Assembly (NCBI GenBank): GCA_903894155.1
Contig: CAITPF010000475.1
Location: 7,236-71,235, forward strand
Length of the DNA: 64,000 nt
DNA from: an uncultured beta proteobacterium
GTDB lineage: Bacteria; Pseudomonadota; Gammaproteobacteria; Burkholderiales; Burkholderiaceae_B
Direction: 5' to 3'
Both the position numbers and the translations under genes were made by a program. This document shows, in pieces, positions 19,427 to 29,159 of this stretch. The notes beneath the pieces are model-generated. The model worked only from the letters and a program-made list of their open reading frames with translations. It was not told the DNA's origin and did no database searches. Each line of letters starts with the position of its first letter. The first letter of the stretch is position 1.

Positions 19427-20222
19427 GCGCCACCTCCGGTGTCGCAGGCGCACCCTCGGCGAAGAGCATCTGATTGATGCGCGCCTCAAGCGCTTTGTGC
19501 GCTTCGGCGTCCGTCGAATGGGGCTGCAGACTGTTGATCTCCGCGGTCACCTGACCGGGGTGCGGCGTGAGCAACAGGATCCGGTTGCCGATGCGGATAG
19601 CCTCGGGAATCGAGTGTGTGACGAACAGCACGGTGAAGTGGGTGTCGTCCCACAATTGCATCAGCTCGTCCTGCATGCGACGGCGCGTCAGCGCATCAAG
19701 CGCGGCGAAGGGCTCATCCATCAGCAGAATGGCCGGTTCCATTGCCATCCCGCGGGCAATCGATACGCGCTGCTTCATGCCGCCGGACAGCGTGTGGGGG
19801 TAGTTGTCGGCAAACTTCGTGAGGTTGACTTTGTGGATGTAGTGCAGCGCACGTTCGCGCGCCTCTTTGCCGCGCATCAGGCCACTGGCGGTCAACGGAA
19901 ACATGACGTTCTCGATGACGGTCTTCCAGGGCAGGAGCTGGTCAAACTCCTGGAACACCATCATGCGATCCGGCCCCGGGCGCGTGACTTCCACACCGCT
20001 GAGCCGGATGCTGCCTTCGACGGGCGCGATATAGCCGCCAACCGCCTTGAGCAAAGACGATTTTCCGCAGCCGGAAGGCCCGAGCAGCACGAAACGATCG
20101 CCGTCGTAGACCTTGAAGTCGACGCGGTATGTCGCCGTCACCAGGTGTTCGGCAGTCTTGTACTGCAACGTCACGCCATCAACCTCAAGCAACGGCGCGG
20201 GCAAGACCTCCTGCTGCGTCAT
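19419..20222 (-). CDS. ABC transporter ATP-binding protein, NitT/TauT family
   Basis: GPSGCGKS, LSGGMKQR, LLMDEPF. Confidence 0.93.
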   Translation of the reverse strand: MTQQEVLPAPLLEVDGVTLQYKTAEHLVTATYRVDFKVYDGDRFVLLGPSGCGKSSLLKAVGGYIAPVEGSIRLSGVEVTRPGPDRMMVFQEFDQLLPWKTVIENVMFPLTASGLMRGKEARERALHYIHKVNLTKFADNYPHTLSGGMKQRVSIARGMAMEPAILLMDEPFAALDALTRRRMQDELMQLWDDTHFTVLFVTHSIPEAIRIGNRILLLTPHPGQVTAEINSLQPHSTDAEAHKALEARINQMLFAEGAPATPEVAHG

Positions 20223-20250
20223 CCAGTATCTCCGTAATCCTCGTGCGGCT

Positions 20251-21258
20251 TCAACTGCCGGGCAACTCGTGGACTTCCGGGAAGAACAGATCCTTCCAGG
20301 ACTCCGGCCGGTTCTTCAGCGTGCCGATCTTGTTCATGAATTGAGCATAAGGCAATACGCGCTCGGGCGTCAGCGTCATGCGGATGTCCGGATCGTTGAG
20401 CATTTTGAGGATCGAGTCAACAGATTCCTTGCCGCCCGTGTCCTTCACATAGAGCTCGGCTGCTGCCCTGCGATTGGCGTTGATCCAATCGGTCGCTTCC
20501 TTCAGCGCGTCGAACGCAGCCTTATAGCTCCTGGGATTGTCCTTGCGGAATGCCTCTGCGGCCCACACCATGAGAAAAGTGTTGGGCCCGCCCATGATGT
20601 CGTAGGAATTGAGCACCACGTGGACGTCCTTGTTTTCCAGCGCCACATACTGGAAGGGCGGGGTCGTGAACGTCGAACTGATGTCGGAGCCGCCGCTGAG
20701 CATCGCGTTGAGGCCTTCCGGGTGAGGCAAGTTGATCATCAGCGGGTCGAGCTTGCGAAAGTTTTCAATGCCCCAGGTGTCGGCAGCGACCATCTGAAGG
20801 TAAATCGTCTGAACGGACGAGCCGGCGCCCGCCATGGCGATCTTGGTGCTGCTGTCAAAATCCTTGACAGTCTTGACGCGCGCCAGACGGGTCACCAGCA
20901 GGTTCGGCATCGAACTCAGCGCCGCGACGCCGCGGACTTTGATGTTGTTCCGGGTTTTGTCCCACAGGATGAACGCCGGCCCCGTGCCGCCTGCCGCAAA
21001 ATGCAGTCGGCCCGAAAGCATTGCATCGTTGGCAGCCGCCCCGGTCGCGAATCGCGCCCATTCGACCTTGGTCGACCCGAGCCCGGCCGCCGCAAGATGC
21101 TTCTGCACAAGTTGCATCTCGTCCATGACCGCAAGCTGAAGGTACCCAATCCCGAACTGTCGCGCGAGCACCACCTTGTCGACTTCCGCGCGCGACGGCG
21201 CCATCGGGCCGAACAGGCCGAGCAGGGCTGCTGCTATGAAGATCAGGACACGTTTCAT
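20251..21258 (-). CDS. ABC transporter substrate-binding protein, NitT/TauT family
   Basis: Signal peptide, QFGIGYL, LPHPEG, SWKDLFFPE; in operon with the ATPase and permease. Confidence 0.88.
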   Translation of the reverse strand: MKRVLIFIAAALLGLFGPMAPSRAEVDKVVLARQFGIGYLQLAVMDEMQLVQKHLAAAGLGSTKVEWARFATGAAANDAMLSGRLHFAAGGTGPAFILWDKTRNNIKVRGVAALSSMPNLLVTRLARVKTVKDFDSSTKIAMAGAGSSVQTIYLQMVAADTWGIENFRKLDPLMINLPHPEGLNAMLSGGSDISSTFTTPPFQYVALENKDVHVVLNSYDIMGGPNTFLMVWAAEAFRKDNPRSYKAAFDALKEATDWINANRRAAAELYVKDTGGKESVDSILKMLNDPDIRMTLTPERVLPYAQFMNKIGTLKNRPESWKDLFFPEVHELPGS

Positions 21259-21301
21259 GTTGCCTCTCAGGAAAAAGATGCTGGTCACCAGGCTGGCCTC
21301 G

Positions 21302-22891
21302 TCATGGCCGAACGCCATAACGGGCCTTGGGCCCGACCATCGTCGAAAGCCGGTACTGCGCAGCATCGATAAAGCGGCAGAGATACTCGCGGGTCTCGCG
21401 CGGATCGACGATATCCTCGACGCCGAAGGCTTCGGCGGTACGCTGTGGCGAGGCCATTGCGGAAAACTCGGCCTCGAGTTCGCGCTCGCGCGCCTTCGGA
21501 TCCGCCGCGTTCGCGAGCTCGCGCCGGAATGCCACGGCTACGCCGCCCTCGATCGGCAGCGATCCCCACTCGGCCGAGGGCCAGGCAATCTTGAAGTCGA
21601 GCCCGCTCTTGTCGGTGGCGCCCATGCCCGCCATGCCATAGCACTTGCGGATCACGACGGTAAAAACAGGAACCGACGCCTGCAGAGCGGCTTGCACCGC
21701 ACGCATGCCGTCGCGCAGCGTGCCCGCGGCTTCCGCGTCGCGCCCGACCATGAAGCCGGGCACGTCGACCAGAAAAATCAGCGGTATGTGGAACGTGTCG
21801 CACAGATCGATGAAGTGGGTCTGCTTGCGCGCCCCCTTCCCGTCGATCGCCCCGCCGTAGAACATCGGGTTGTTGGCAACGATGCCAACGACCTTGCCGT
21901 CCATGCGCGCGAGCATCGTGATGACCGCCTTGCCAAACGTCGGCTGGATCTCGAAACCGCTCTCGCGGTCGATGATCATGGAAATCAGCTTGCGCATGTT
22001 GTAGGGTTTGCGCCGGTCCTTTGGAACGATCGTCGCAAGCGCTTCGTCGCGCCGTTCGACCGGGTCGGTGCAAACCGTCGTCGGGGGGAGCTCCCACACA
22101 TTCTGCGGCATGTACGACAGGAAACGACGGATCATCGCGAAGCAGTCATGCTCGCTCGCTGCCACGTTGTCGATGGTACCTGCCACGTCGACGGCCAGCG
22201 CAGGCCCGCCGAGCTCTTCCTTGGTAATCTTCTGGCCGAGCGAGCGTTCGACGACCGAGGGGCCAGCCGCAAACACCTGGCTGGTGTCCTTGACCATGAC
22301 AGTCCAGTGCGAGAGGATCGCGCGCCCCGCCGGGCCGCCTGCCGCAGAGCCAAGCACTGCCGACACGACCGGGACTTCGCCGAGCAGTTCGACCGAGCGC
22401 TCAAAGCCGTGCACGCCCGGGAACACCGAATGCCCGCGCCGCTGGATCGAGGTGACGCTGCCACCTGCCCCGTCGATCAGGTTAACCAGCGGAATACGGT
22501 ACTGGTGGGCCATATCCTCGATGAAGCCGCCCTGGCCGCCCTTCTTGCGATCGCCCGACCAGCTGGTGCCGCCCCGTACGGTGAAATCCTCGCCGCCAAG
22601 CGCGACTGCCCGTCCATCGATCTTGGCCAGACCCATGATGTAAGGCGCGGGCGTAACCTTGACCAGCTTGTTGTTCTCGTATTGACCCTGGCCGGTGAGC
22701 TTGCCGATTTCCTGGAAGGAGCCGGCGTCCACAAGGCCTTGCACCCGTTCGCGTATCGTCAGCCTGCCCTGCGCATGGTGCTTGGCCACTGCGGCCTCGC
22801 CGCCCATTGCCTCGGCTTGCTGGCGGCGAAGCGCCAGTTCGGCGAGCTCGTCGCTCCAGTCGGCGGAGGGGGCTTTTGTCTGGTCAGTCAT
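21302..22891 (-). CDS. Acyl-CoA carboxylase carboxyltransferase (beta-type) subunit
   Basis: GRLTIRER, EDFTVRGG, VDVPGFMVG..AE, RKCYGMAG, AWPSAEWG. Confidence 0.9.
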   Translation of the reverse strand: MTDQTKAPSADWSDELAELALRRQQAEAMGGEAAVAKHHAQGRLTIRERVQGLVDAGSFQEIGKLTGQGQYENNKLVKVTPAPYIMGLAKIDGRAVALGGEDFTVRGGTSWSGDRKKGGQGGFIEDMAHQYRIPLVNLIDGAGGSVTSIQRRGHSVFPGVHGFERSVELLGEVPVVSAVLGSAAGGPAGRAILSHWTVMVKDTSQVFAAGPSVVERSLGQKITKEELGGPALAVDVAGTIDNVAASEHDCFAMIRRFLSYMPQNVWELPPTTVCTDPVERRDEALATIVPKDRRKPYNMRKLISMIIDRESGFEIQPTFGKAVITMLARMDGKVVGIVANNPMFYGGAIDGKGARKQTHFIDLCDTFHIPLIFLVDVPGFMVGRDAEAAGTLRDGMRAVQAALQASVPVFTVVIRKCYGMAGMGATDKSGLDFKIAWPSAEWGSLPIEGGVAVAFRRELANAADPKARERELEAEFSAMASPQRTAEAFGVEDIVDPRETREYLCRFIDAAQYRLSTMVGPKARYGVRP

Positions 22892-22904
22892 CGCGCGCTC
22901 CCGG

Positions 22905-23126
22905 CTACAGTTCGACGATCGCGAGTACCTGACCCTCGACAATCGCATCGCCCTCCGCCACCAGGATCTCCACCAGCGTGCCGCCGTCTTCGGCAACAAG
23001 CGGGATTTCCATTTTCATCGATTCGATGATGAGGACGGTGTGGCCTTCCTCAAGTGCCTGCCCGACCGCGGTCTCGATTTTCCAGATCGAGCCCGTGACT
23101 TCCGACTTCAGTTGCTGCTTGCTCAT
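22905..23126 (-). CDS. Stand-alone biotin/lipoyl carrier protein
   Basis: IIESMKMEIP biotinylation motif, 73 aa. Confidence 0.88.
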   Translation of the reverse strand: MSKQQLKSEVTGSIWKIETAVGQALEEGHTVLIIESMKMEIPLVAEDGGTLVEILVAEGDAIVEGQVLAIVEL

Positions 23127-23277
23127 GACTGCTCCAATGCGGTTGATGAATATAGATTGAAAAATTCTGGTTTCCGTCCCGGCACTTCAACTCTTTCGTC
23201 ATTTGCTTATGCGCGTGTTCGCTGATGCGGACAGTCGCGCACGCCCAACCGGGCGGTCAGCCATTGTGCGCGACAGG

Positions 23278-24837
23278 TCAAAAGCTCGTGGGCCACGCGC
23301 GCATCAGGTGCTGGCCGACGCCTGCCGTGAGGCGCAGACTGTGAATCTCGAGCGTGCGGATCAGGAAGTCGCGCGTTTCCTCGGGCCGGATCACCGACTG
23401 CACAGCGTACATTGCCGCCGCATCCCAGACCAGACTATCGCGGTTCATCGCTTCGAAAGCCTCGTCAAACCCGGGGTCTCCCGGCGCCAGGCCGTGCACG
23501 ACCTTGACGCCAAACTGCGGATCCATGAAGCTGACCTCAGCGGTAGGCCAGGCGATCACCTCGTCGGAGTTTCGACCACCGCCCATGTTGAGGTAGGCCT
23601 GGCCGTAGGTCTTGCGCAGGATCACCGAGATCTTGGGAACGGTCGCCAACTGAAGCGCCTGCATGAAGTTCATGATCTTGCCAGGCGCCCGATTACGTTC
23701 GGCCGTCGTCCCGATCAGGAATCCGGGCGTGTCCACGAACAGCACGAGCGGGATGTTGAACGAATCGCAAAGCACCACGAAGCTCGCCGCCTTCTCGCAC
23801 GCATCCGTGTCCATTGCGCCGCCCTTGACGAGCGGATTGTTGGCGAGGATCCCGACGGTGCGCCCATCCATGCGCGCCAGGCCCGTCACCACGACCTTGC
23901 CAAACCGGGGCTTGAGCTCAAAGAAACTGTCGCGGTCGACGATCGTGCGCACGATCTTGCGCACGTCGTAGACCTGGGTGCGCCGCGGCGGCAACAGCTT
24001 CAGGATGTCGGGCATCCCGTCGCCAGACCCTGCAGGCACCTCGACCACCGGCGGGGCCTCCTTGTGATGGCTCGGGAGATAACCGAGGAATTTCCGGATC
24101 GCGTCCAGCGCCTCTTCATCCGTGTCGACGACCATGTCCGCCAAGCCCGTCACTTCGGCATGCAGCTTCCAGCCGCCCATCTCCTCGGCGTCGACCTGTT
24201 CGCCCGTCGCCTGGGATGCCAGCAGCGGGCTCGACACGGCGAGGATGGCGCCCTTGCGCATGACGTTGAAATCCGACAGCACGGAATACCAGGACGAGGA
24301 TCCGTACGAAAGCCCGAGCGTCGCCGCTGCCCACGGCGTCTCGCGCATCCGCTGGTATTGCGAGGGGTCATTGCCGAGCAGCGAGCCCATTCCCCGCGAA
24401 CCCATGTGATCCGGCATCCGTGCACCGGAGGATTCGCCAAGAAACACGATCGGCATGCCACGCTGGGTGGCAACCCGTTTCAGGTGCCCCAGTTTGCGTC
24501 CATTGGTTGAACTGCTCGAGGCACCCATCACGGTGAAGTCATTGGCCGCCACGGCGATCGGGCGGCCGTCGATCTTGCCGAACCCGGCGACCTTGCCATC
24601 GGTCGGCGTCTTTTCACGATCGGCCCAGTTCGAGGCCGAGGTGCCGAACAAACCCGATTCAAGGAAGGAGCCTTCATCGCACAGGCGCTCGATGCGCTCG
24701 CGCGCGTTGAGCACCCCGGCCCTGGCACGGCGCGCAAGCTTTTCAGGCCCGCCCATCGCAAGCGCTGCGGCACGCCTGGTTTCGTAATCCTGCATCAGGC
24801 CCTCGAACGGACCCGCGCTGTCGTCCTTTTGCTGCAT
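23278..24837 (-). CDS. Acyl-CoA carboxylase carboxyltransferase (beta-type) subunit, second paralog
   Basis: LNARERI, NDFTVMG, ESSGARM, VDTPGF, RKTYGQAY. Confidence 0.9.
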   Translation of the reverse strand: MQQKDDSAGPFEGLMQDYETRRAAALAMGGPEKLARRARAGVLNARERIERLCDEGSFLESGLFGTSASNWADREKTPTDGKVAGFGKIDGRPIAVAANDFTVMGASSSSTNGRKLGHLKRVATQRGMPIVFLGESSGARMPDHMGSRGMGSLLGNDPSQYQRMRETPWAAATLGLSYGSSSWYSVLSDFNVMRKGAILAVSSPLLASQATGEQVDAEEMGGWKLHAEVTGLADMVVDTDEEALDAIRKFLGYLPSHHKEAPPVVEVPAGSGDGMPDILKLLPPRRTQVYDVRKIVRTIVDRDSFFELKPRFGKVVVTGLARMDGRTVGILANNPLVKGGAMDTDACEKAASFVVLCDSFNIPLVLFVDTPGFLIGTTAERNRAPGKIMNFMQALQLATVPKISVILRKTYGQAYLNMGGGRNSDEVIAWPTAEVSFMDPQFGVKVVHGLAPGDPGFDEAFEAMNRDSLVWDAAAMYAVQSVIRPEETRDFLIRTLEIHSLRLTAGVGQHLMRAWPTSF

Positions 24838-24892
24838 GGTGTGTTTCCTGTGTTGCCTGACCCCGGCGAACATTCACCGGAGCCCGTGATTG

Positions 24893-26158
24893 TTATTGTT
24901 GCTGCTGTTGACGCGGGTGTTGCTGCGCGACGCCGCCATTGCGGGGCGACGACTCGGACTGAATCACGCCCCTGGCTTCGAGATCGTCCAGGCGCCCGGC
25001 AGAAAATCCCAGAATTTCGCTCAGCACCTCGCGCGTATCCTGGGCGATGCGATGACCGGTGTGGCGGACTTCCCCCGGCGTGGCCGATAGGCGCGGGATG
25101 ACAGTGGCCATCGCCACGGTGCCAAGTGAATCATCCGGCACGTGGATGATGGACTGCCGCGCCTTGTAGTGAGGATCCTTGAAGATATCCGCGATCGTAA
25201 AGATGCGGGAGGCCGGAACGCCGGCGCGCTCGAGTTTACGCTCGACCTCCTCCAGGGAGTGCGAAGAGGTCCATTGCCCGATGATGTCGTCGATCGCGTC
25301 CACATGGGCACCACGGTCCGTGGCGGCGGCGAACCGCGGATCGCGCGCGAGCTCCGGCTGTTCCATGGCCTCGCAGAGCCTTGCGAACACCGCATTGCCC
25401 ATCGCCGTGATGTGAATGAATTCACCTTCCGCGCTGCTATACAGATTGTTAGGCGTGCTTTCCGGCAGGCGTGAACCCGTGCGCGTCGGAATGTGCCCGA
25501 GCTTTTCGAAAGCAGGAATCCACGGCTCCATGAAGCTGAACGCAGACTCATACAACGCCGCGTCAATAAACTGGCCCCGCCCAGTCTGCTGGCGCGCCAG
25601 TACGGCCATGGTCGCCCCAAACGCGGCATACAGGCCAGTGATGTAATCCGTCATGGATACGGCGACGCGCGATGGCGGCGACTGCGGGTCGCCCGTGAGA
25701 TGTCGCAGGCCGCTCATGGCCTCGCCGATGACGCCGTAGCCTGCACGCTGGCTGTAGGGGCCATCCTGTCCGAATCCGCTGATGCGAACCATGATGATGC
25801 CGGGATTGATCTCGCTGAGCTGCGCATAGCCAAGCCCCCACTCTTCCAGGCGCCCCGGGCGAAAGTTCTCGATGACGATGTCGCTTTTGCGCACCAGATC
25901 ACGCGCGATTTCCTGGCCATCGGGGGTGCGCAGATCAACGCAGATCAGCGCCTTGTTGCGCAGCAGGCTCGCCGCGTAAAGCGATTTACCCTCAAAGCGC
26001 TTGCCCATCGTGCGCAGGGGATCGCCCTCGAATGCCTCGATCTTGATGACATCGGCACCGAAGTCCGCCAGCAGTCGGCCGCAAAACGGACCGGCAATGG
26101 TCGACCCCAGTTCGAGCACGCGCAGCCCGGCAAGAGGCCCTGCCTTCGCGGCGCTCAT
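24893..26158 (-). CDS. CaiB/BaiF family III CoA-transferase
   Basis: GPLAGLRVLELG..IAGP, FGADVIKIE, RNK, ENFRPG. Confidence 0.92.
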   Translation of the reverse strand: MSAAKAGPLAGLRVLELGSTIAGPFCGRLLADFGADVIKIEAFEGDPLRTMGKRFEGKSLYAASLLRNKALICVDLRTPDGQEIARDLVRKSDIVIENFRPGRLEEWGLGYAQLSEINPGIIMVRISGFGQDGPYSQRAGYGVIGEAMSGLRHLTGDPQSPPSRVAVSMTDYITGLYAAFGATMAVLARQQTGRGQFIDAALYESAFSFMEPWIPAFEKLGHIPTRTGSRLPESTPNNLYSSAEGEFIHITAMGNAVFARLCEAMEQPELARDPRFAAATDRGAHVDAIDDIIGQWTSSHSLEEVERKLERAGVPASRIFTIADIFKDPHYKARQSIIHVPDDSLGTVAMATVIPRLSATPGEVRHTGHRIAQDTREVLSEILGFSAGRLDDLEARGVIQSESSPRNGGVAQQHPRQQQQQ

Positions 26159-26273
26159 TGCAGGCTCCCTGCCAGGGCACATTGCGACATCACCTGACCG
26201 GATCGGTATGTTGTTACGGAGTTCATGTATTCAAAGGTCTTCGTGAAGTGACGGACGGAAACGGCGGTACGGA

Positions 26274-26309
26274 GTGGCTGGCCTGAACGGTTTGCCGCGC
26301 ACCCGATCA
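26274..26309 (-). mobile_element. Element copy with an internally shortened hairpin
   Basis: Minus strand (GT)TGAT CGGGTGCGCGG CAAA CCGTTCAGGCCAGCCAC. Confidence 0.65.
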
Positions 26310-26350
26310 ACAATTTACACAACTTGACGACATCCTCTCGTGTCAGTTCC

Positions 26351-27670
26351 TCACCCGGTGGCAAGGCAACGCTCGATCCAGCGCGCGGCGTCGAACAATT
26401 GCCGGTCCGAACCGCGTCGGCCGATCAACTGGATCCCGAGGGGCATGCCGTCGATCCGATCCGGCAGCGGAATGGTCAGGGAGGGCAGGTGCAGCGCTGT
26501 CCAGATCGCGCTGAATTCCGCCGTCCCGGTGGTCGTCAACCCAATGGGGGCGATCCCCGCGGCGCTCGGCGCGGCAATGATATCGTGACCGCCAAAAATT
26601 TCACGCGAGGCCTGGCGCGCAACCTCAAGGTGCTCCTGGGCCTGGACGTAATCGGTCATGCCCAGCGCCAGGCCCTCCGCGATCTTGCCTTCGCGCATCA
26701 CGGCGCTGATCAGTTCGCCATGCAGGGCGCGCTCGGTCGCCATGACGCGCGCGAGCTCGTAGCTCGATACGACGCGATGCGATTTCGGAACCCCGGAAAA
26801 TATCGGATCCAGCGTCACTTCGCGAACCTTCGCCCCGCGGGCCGAGAGTGCGCCCGCAGCGCGCTCCAGCATTGCCGCGTAATCCGGACTAACCGCTGAC
26901 CAGAACGGTGTCCGGCAAAACCCGATTCTGGGCGCGGTATCCGGCATGCGAACTGCGTGGGGGGCGGCCTCCATGAGAATATCGCGCATCAGCGCGCAAT
27001 CGTCGAGCGATCGGGCAACGATCCCGATCGTATCGAAGCTCGGCGAATTCGGCTTGACGCCCGCGCAGCTGATCACGCCGAACGTCGGTCGATAGCCGAT
27101 GACGCCGCAGTAACTGGCAGGCCGGATCGTCGATGCGGTCGTTTGCGTGCCAAGCGCCAGCGGCACCATTGCATCCGCGACGGCGGCGGCCGAGCCGCTC
27201 GACGAACCGCCCGGGGTTCGCGATGGATCCAGCGGATTGGACGTCGGCCCGGGCAGACGGTGCGCAAACTCGGCCGTCACCGTCTTGCCCAGGACGATGC
27301 CGCCCGCGCGGCGCAGCGCCGTCACCGCCGTGGCGTCAATGCCCGGCCGATAGCCATCATAGATCGGCGAACCATACGCAGTCGGCATGTCCGCCGTATC
27401 GATCACGTCCTTGACCCCGAACGGAACGCCATGCAACGGGCCGCGTCGCGGCCCGGCATCGAGTGCGCGCGCAGCCGCCAGAGCCCCCGCGCGATCGACC
27501 CAGGACCAGGCATGCACCGTGCCCTCGCGCTCGGAAATGCGATCAAGGCAATCGCTGACGATCGCCAGCGCAGTCGTCTCGCCGCGTTCAACCATGTCGG
27601 CCAGTCGCAGTGCATCCATCTGATGCAATGGCGTGGCCCCTGCGCCTGTCCGAGTCTTTGTATCTGTCAT
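26351..27670 (-). CDS. Amidase signature family enzyme
   Basis: GPLHGVPFGVKD, GKT, TPGGSSSGSAAAVA, LGTQT..STIRPASYCG. Confidence 0.92.
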   Translation of the reverse strand: MTDTKTRTGAGATPLHQMDALRLADMVERGETTALAIVSDCLDRISEREGTVHAWSWVDRAGALAAARALDAGPRRGPLHGVPFGVKDVIDTADMPTAYGSPIYDGYRPGIDATAVTALRRAGGIVLGKTVTAEFAHRLPGPTSNPLDPSRTPGGSSSGSAAAVADAMVPLALGTQTTASTIRPASYCGVIGYRPTFGVISCAGVKPNSPSFDTIGIVARSLDDCALMRDILMEAAPHAVRMPDTAPRIGFCRTPFWSAVSPDYAAMLERAAGALSARGAKVREVTLDPIFSGVPKSHRVVSSYELARVMATERALHGELISAVMREGKIAEGLALGMTDYVQAQEHLEVARQASREIFGGHDIIAAPSAAGIAPIGLTTTGTAEFSAIWTALHLPSLTIPLPDRIDGMPLGIQLIGRRGSDRQLFDAARWIERCLATG

Positions 27671-27691
27671 GCTGCTACTCCCGTGAAGCAA

Positions 27692-27740
27692 TTGGCATCG
27701 TCCCCAACTTGAAGGACGCGGTTTGTCGGGCACTGAATCA
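27692..27740 (-). mobile_element. 49-nt element copy starting on the MmgE/PrpD stop codon
   Basis: Minus strand TGAT TCAGTGCCCGA CAAA CCGCGTCCTTCAAGTTGGGGACGATGCCAA aligns without gaps to copy 1. Confidence 0.72.
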
Positions 27741-29147
27741 GTCGTTCGCCGCCAGCCACTGCTGGACAACCTCGCGCCATGGCCGCGACATCAACGCCGC
27801 ATCCAGTGACAGCACCCGCTCGGCCACGCCGCCAAAGCCCGGGTAATCGTCGCGGGTCAACCCCGCGACCTTCTGCAGGATTTGCGCGTTGGTCAGTGGC
27901 TGATCCGGGCCGCCTGGTGCGCTCAGGCACTCGGAGACCAGCACGCGGCCATCCTTCAGGGTGATCTCCAGCCGCGCAGGGCGATCCAGCGGCCAGTCCG
28001 GCAAAGGATCGTAGGCCAGCAGTTCGATCCGCTGGCGCAGCGCCGAGACGATCGGCGCATCGATCGCGGCAGGTTCGAACGCCTGCGGCCGCGTATGGCC
28101 AAGGGCCAGCGAGACCGCCACGACGTGCTCGAACGAGAACCGCGCCGCCAGGCTATTGGCCGGAGCCTTGTTGCCCATGGCCGGGCGGTGCGTGTAGAGA
28201 CGAATGGCGACGATGTCGTCGTGCGCCGAGGCAACGTCGATCTGGCGGCGCATCGCCAGCGCGGACTCGACCGCCGCGTGGGTCGAATGACAGCAGCCAT
28301 GCAGTTTGTGATAGCCGCCCTCGATGGCCCAACGCGTGCCGAGATCCTGCGTCAGATTTTCAGGGCGCGTTGTCGCGCCGAAGAGCCCGGTAAACGCGGG
28401 ATGCGGGCCATCGGGATAGCCGTCGAGTCCGGCCTGCGCCCACGAGACGGCCCACATGCCCGTGCTCGCTGCCTGCCCGGTCCAGAGATTGCGCACCAGC
28501 GCGCCCTCTACCGCCGCCTGATAGGCCCCTGCGGGCACCATCCCCCCGACGATGCGCAACGCCGACGCGAGATCCGGTGCCGTGGCGCCTGTCGCGAGCG
28601 CTGCCCCGGCCACCGCGCCAAAATTCGCGAACGCCGCGTGCGGATGCACGCTGATGCCCGGGAAAGTCCACGTCTCGGCGATGCGCGCGCAAACCTCGTA
28701 GCTGATCGCGAGGGCTCTGAGCACTTCGCCAAGCGTCAGATCGCGCGACTCAGCCTCGGCAAGCAGCGCCGGGAGCACATAGAGCCCACCATGGCATGGG
28801 GCGCCGCGGAACCCTTCATCGAGCTCGCACCAGCAACCCGCAGTGCCGTTGGCGATTGCGGCGCCATGGCGGTCTGCACGCGGCGCGCCGGGTGCGAACA
28901 GCACAGCCTGCGACAGCCCGGACTGCAACGCCGCGCGGTGCATCGCAGCAATCTCGGGCTGGGAAAACGCTGCGCACATCGCCGCGACGTCATCGACAAA
29001 GACCCGTGCGGTCTTTGCAAGCGTTGCCTCGGGAGTCGGCTGGGCGGCGGCCGACGTGGCCCATTCGCTCAGCCGGACCAGGCCCGCTGTGATCGCGTCA
29101 CGTTCGCGGGCGATCCCGCCCGCCGAACCCACTGCAGTGTCGTTCAT
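27738..29147 (-). CDS. MmgE/PrpD family protein (divergent)
   Basis: ANGTAGCWCELDEG..PCH, YHKLHGCCHSTH. Confidence 0.85.
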   Translation of the reverse strand: MNDTAVGSAGGIARERDAITAGLVRLSEWATSAAAQPTPEATLAKTARVFVDDVAAMCAAFSQPEIAAMHRAALQSGLSQAVLFAPGAPRADRHGAAIANGTAGCWCELDEGFRGAPCHGGLYVLPALLAEAESRDLTLGEVLRALAISYEVCARIAETWTFPGISVHPHAAFANFGAVAGAALATGATAPDLASALRIVGGMVPAGAYQAAVEGALVRNLWTGQAASTGMWAVSWAQAGLDGYPDGPHPAFTGLFGATTRPENLTQDLGTRWAIEGGYHKLHGCCHSTHAAVESALAMRRQIDVASAHDDIVAIRLYTHRPAMGNKAPANSLAARFSFEHVVAVSLALGHTRPQAFEPAAIDAPIVSALRQRIELLAYDPLPDWPLDRPARLEITLKDGRVLVSECLSAPGGPDQPLTNAQILQKVAGLTRDDYPGFGGVAERVLSLDAALMSRPWREVVQQWLAAND

Positions 29148-29159
29148 GGCGCGCCGGCC

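Noticed and set aside
24909-24952. Element-like fragments under the odd poly-Q tail of the CaiB gene
   Set aside because: Needs several indels to align; may be chance in GC-rich DNA.
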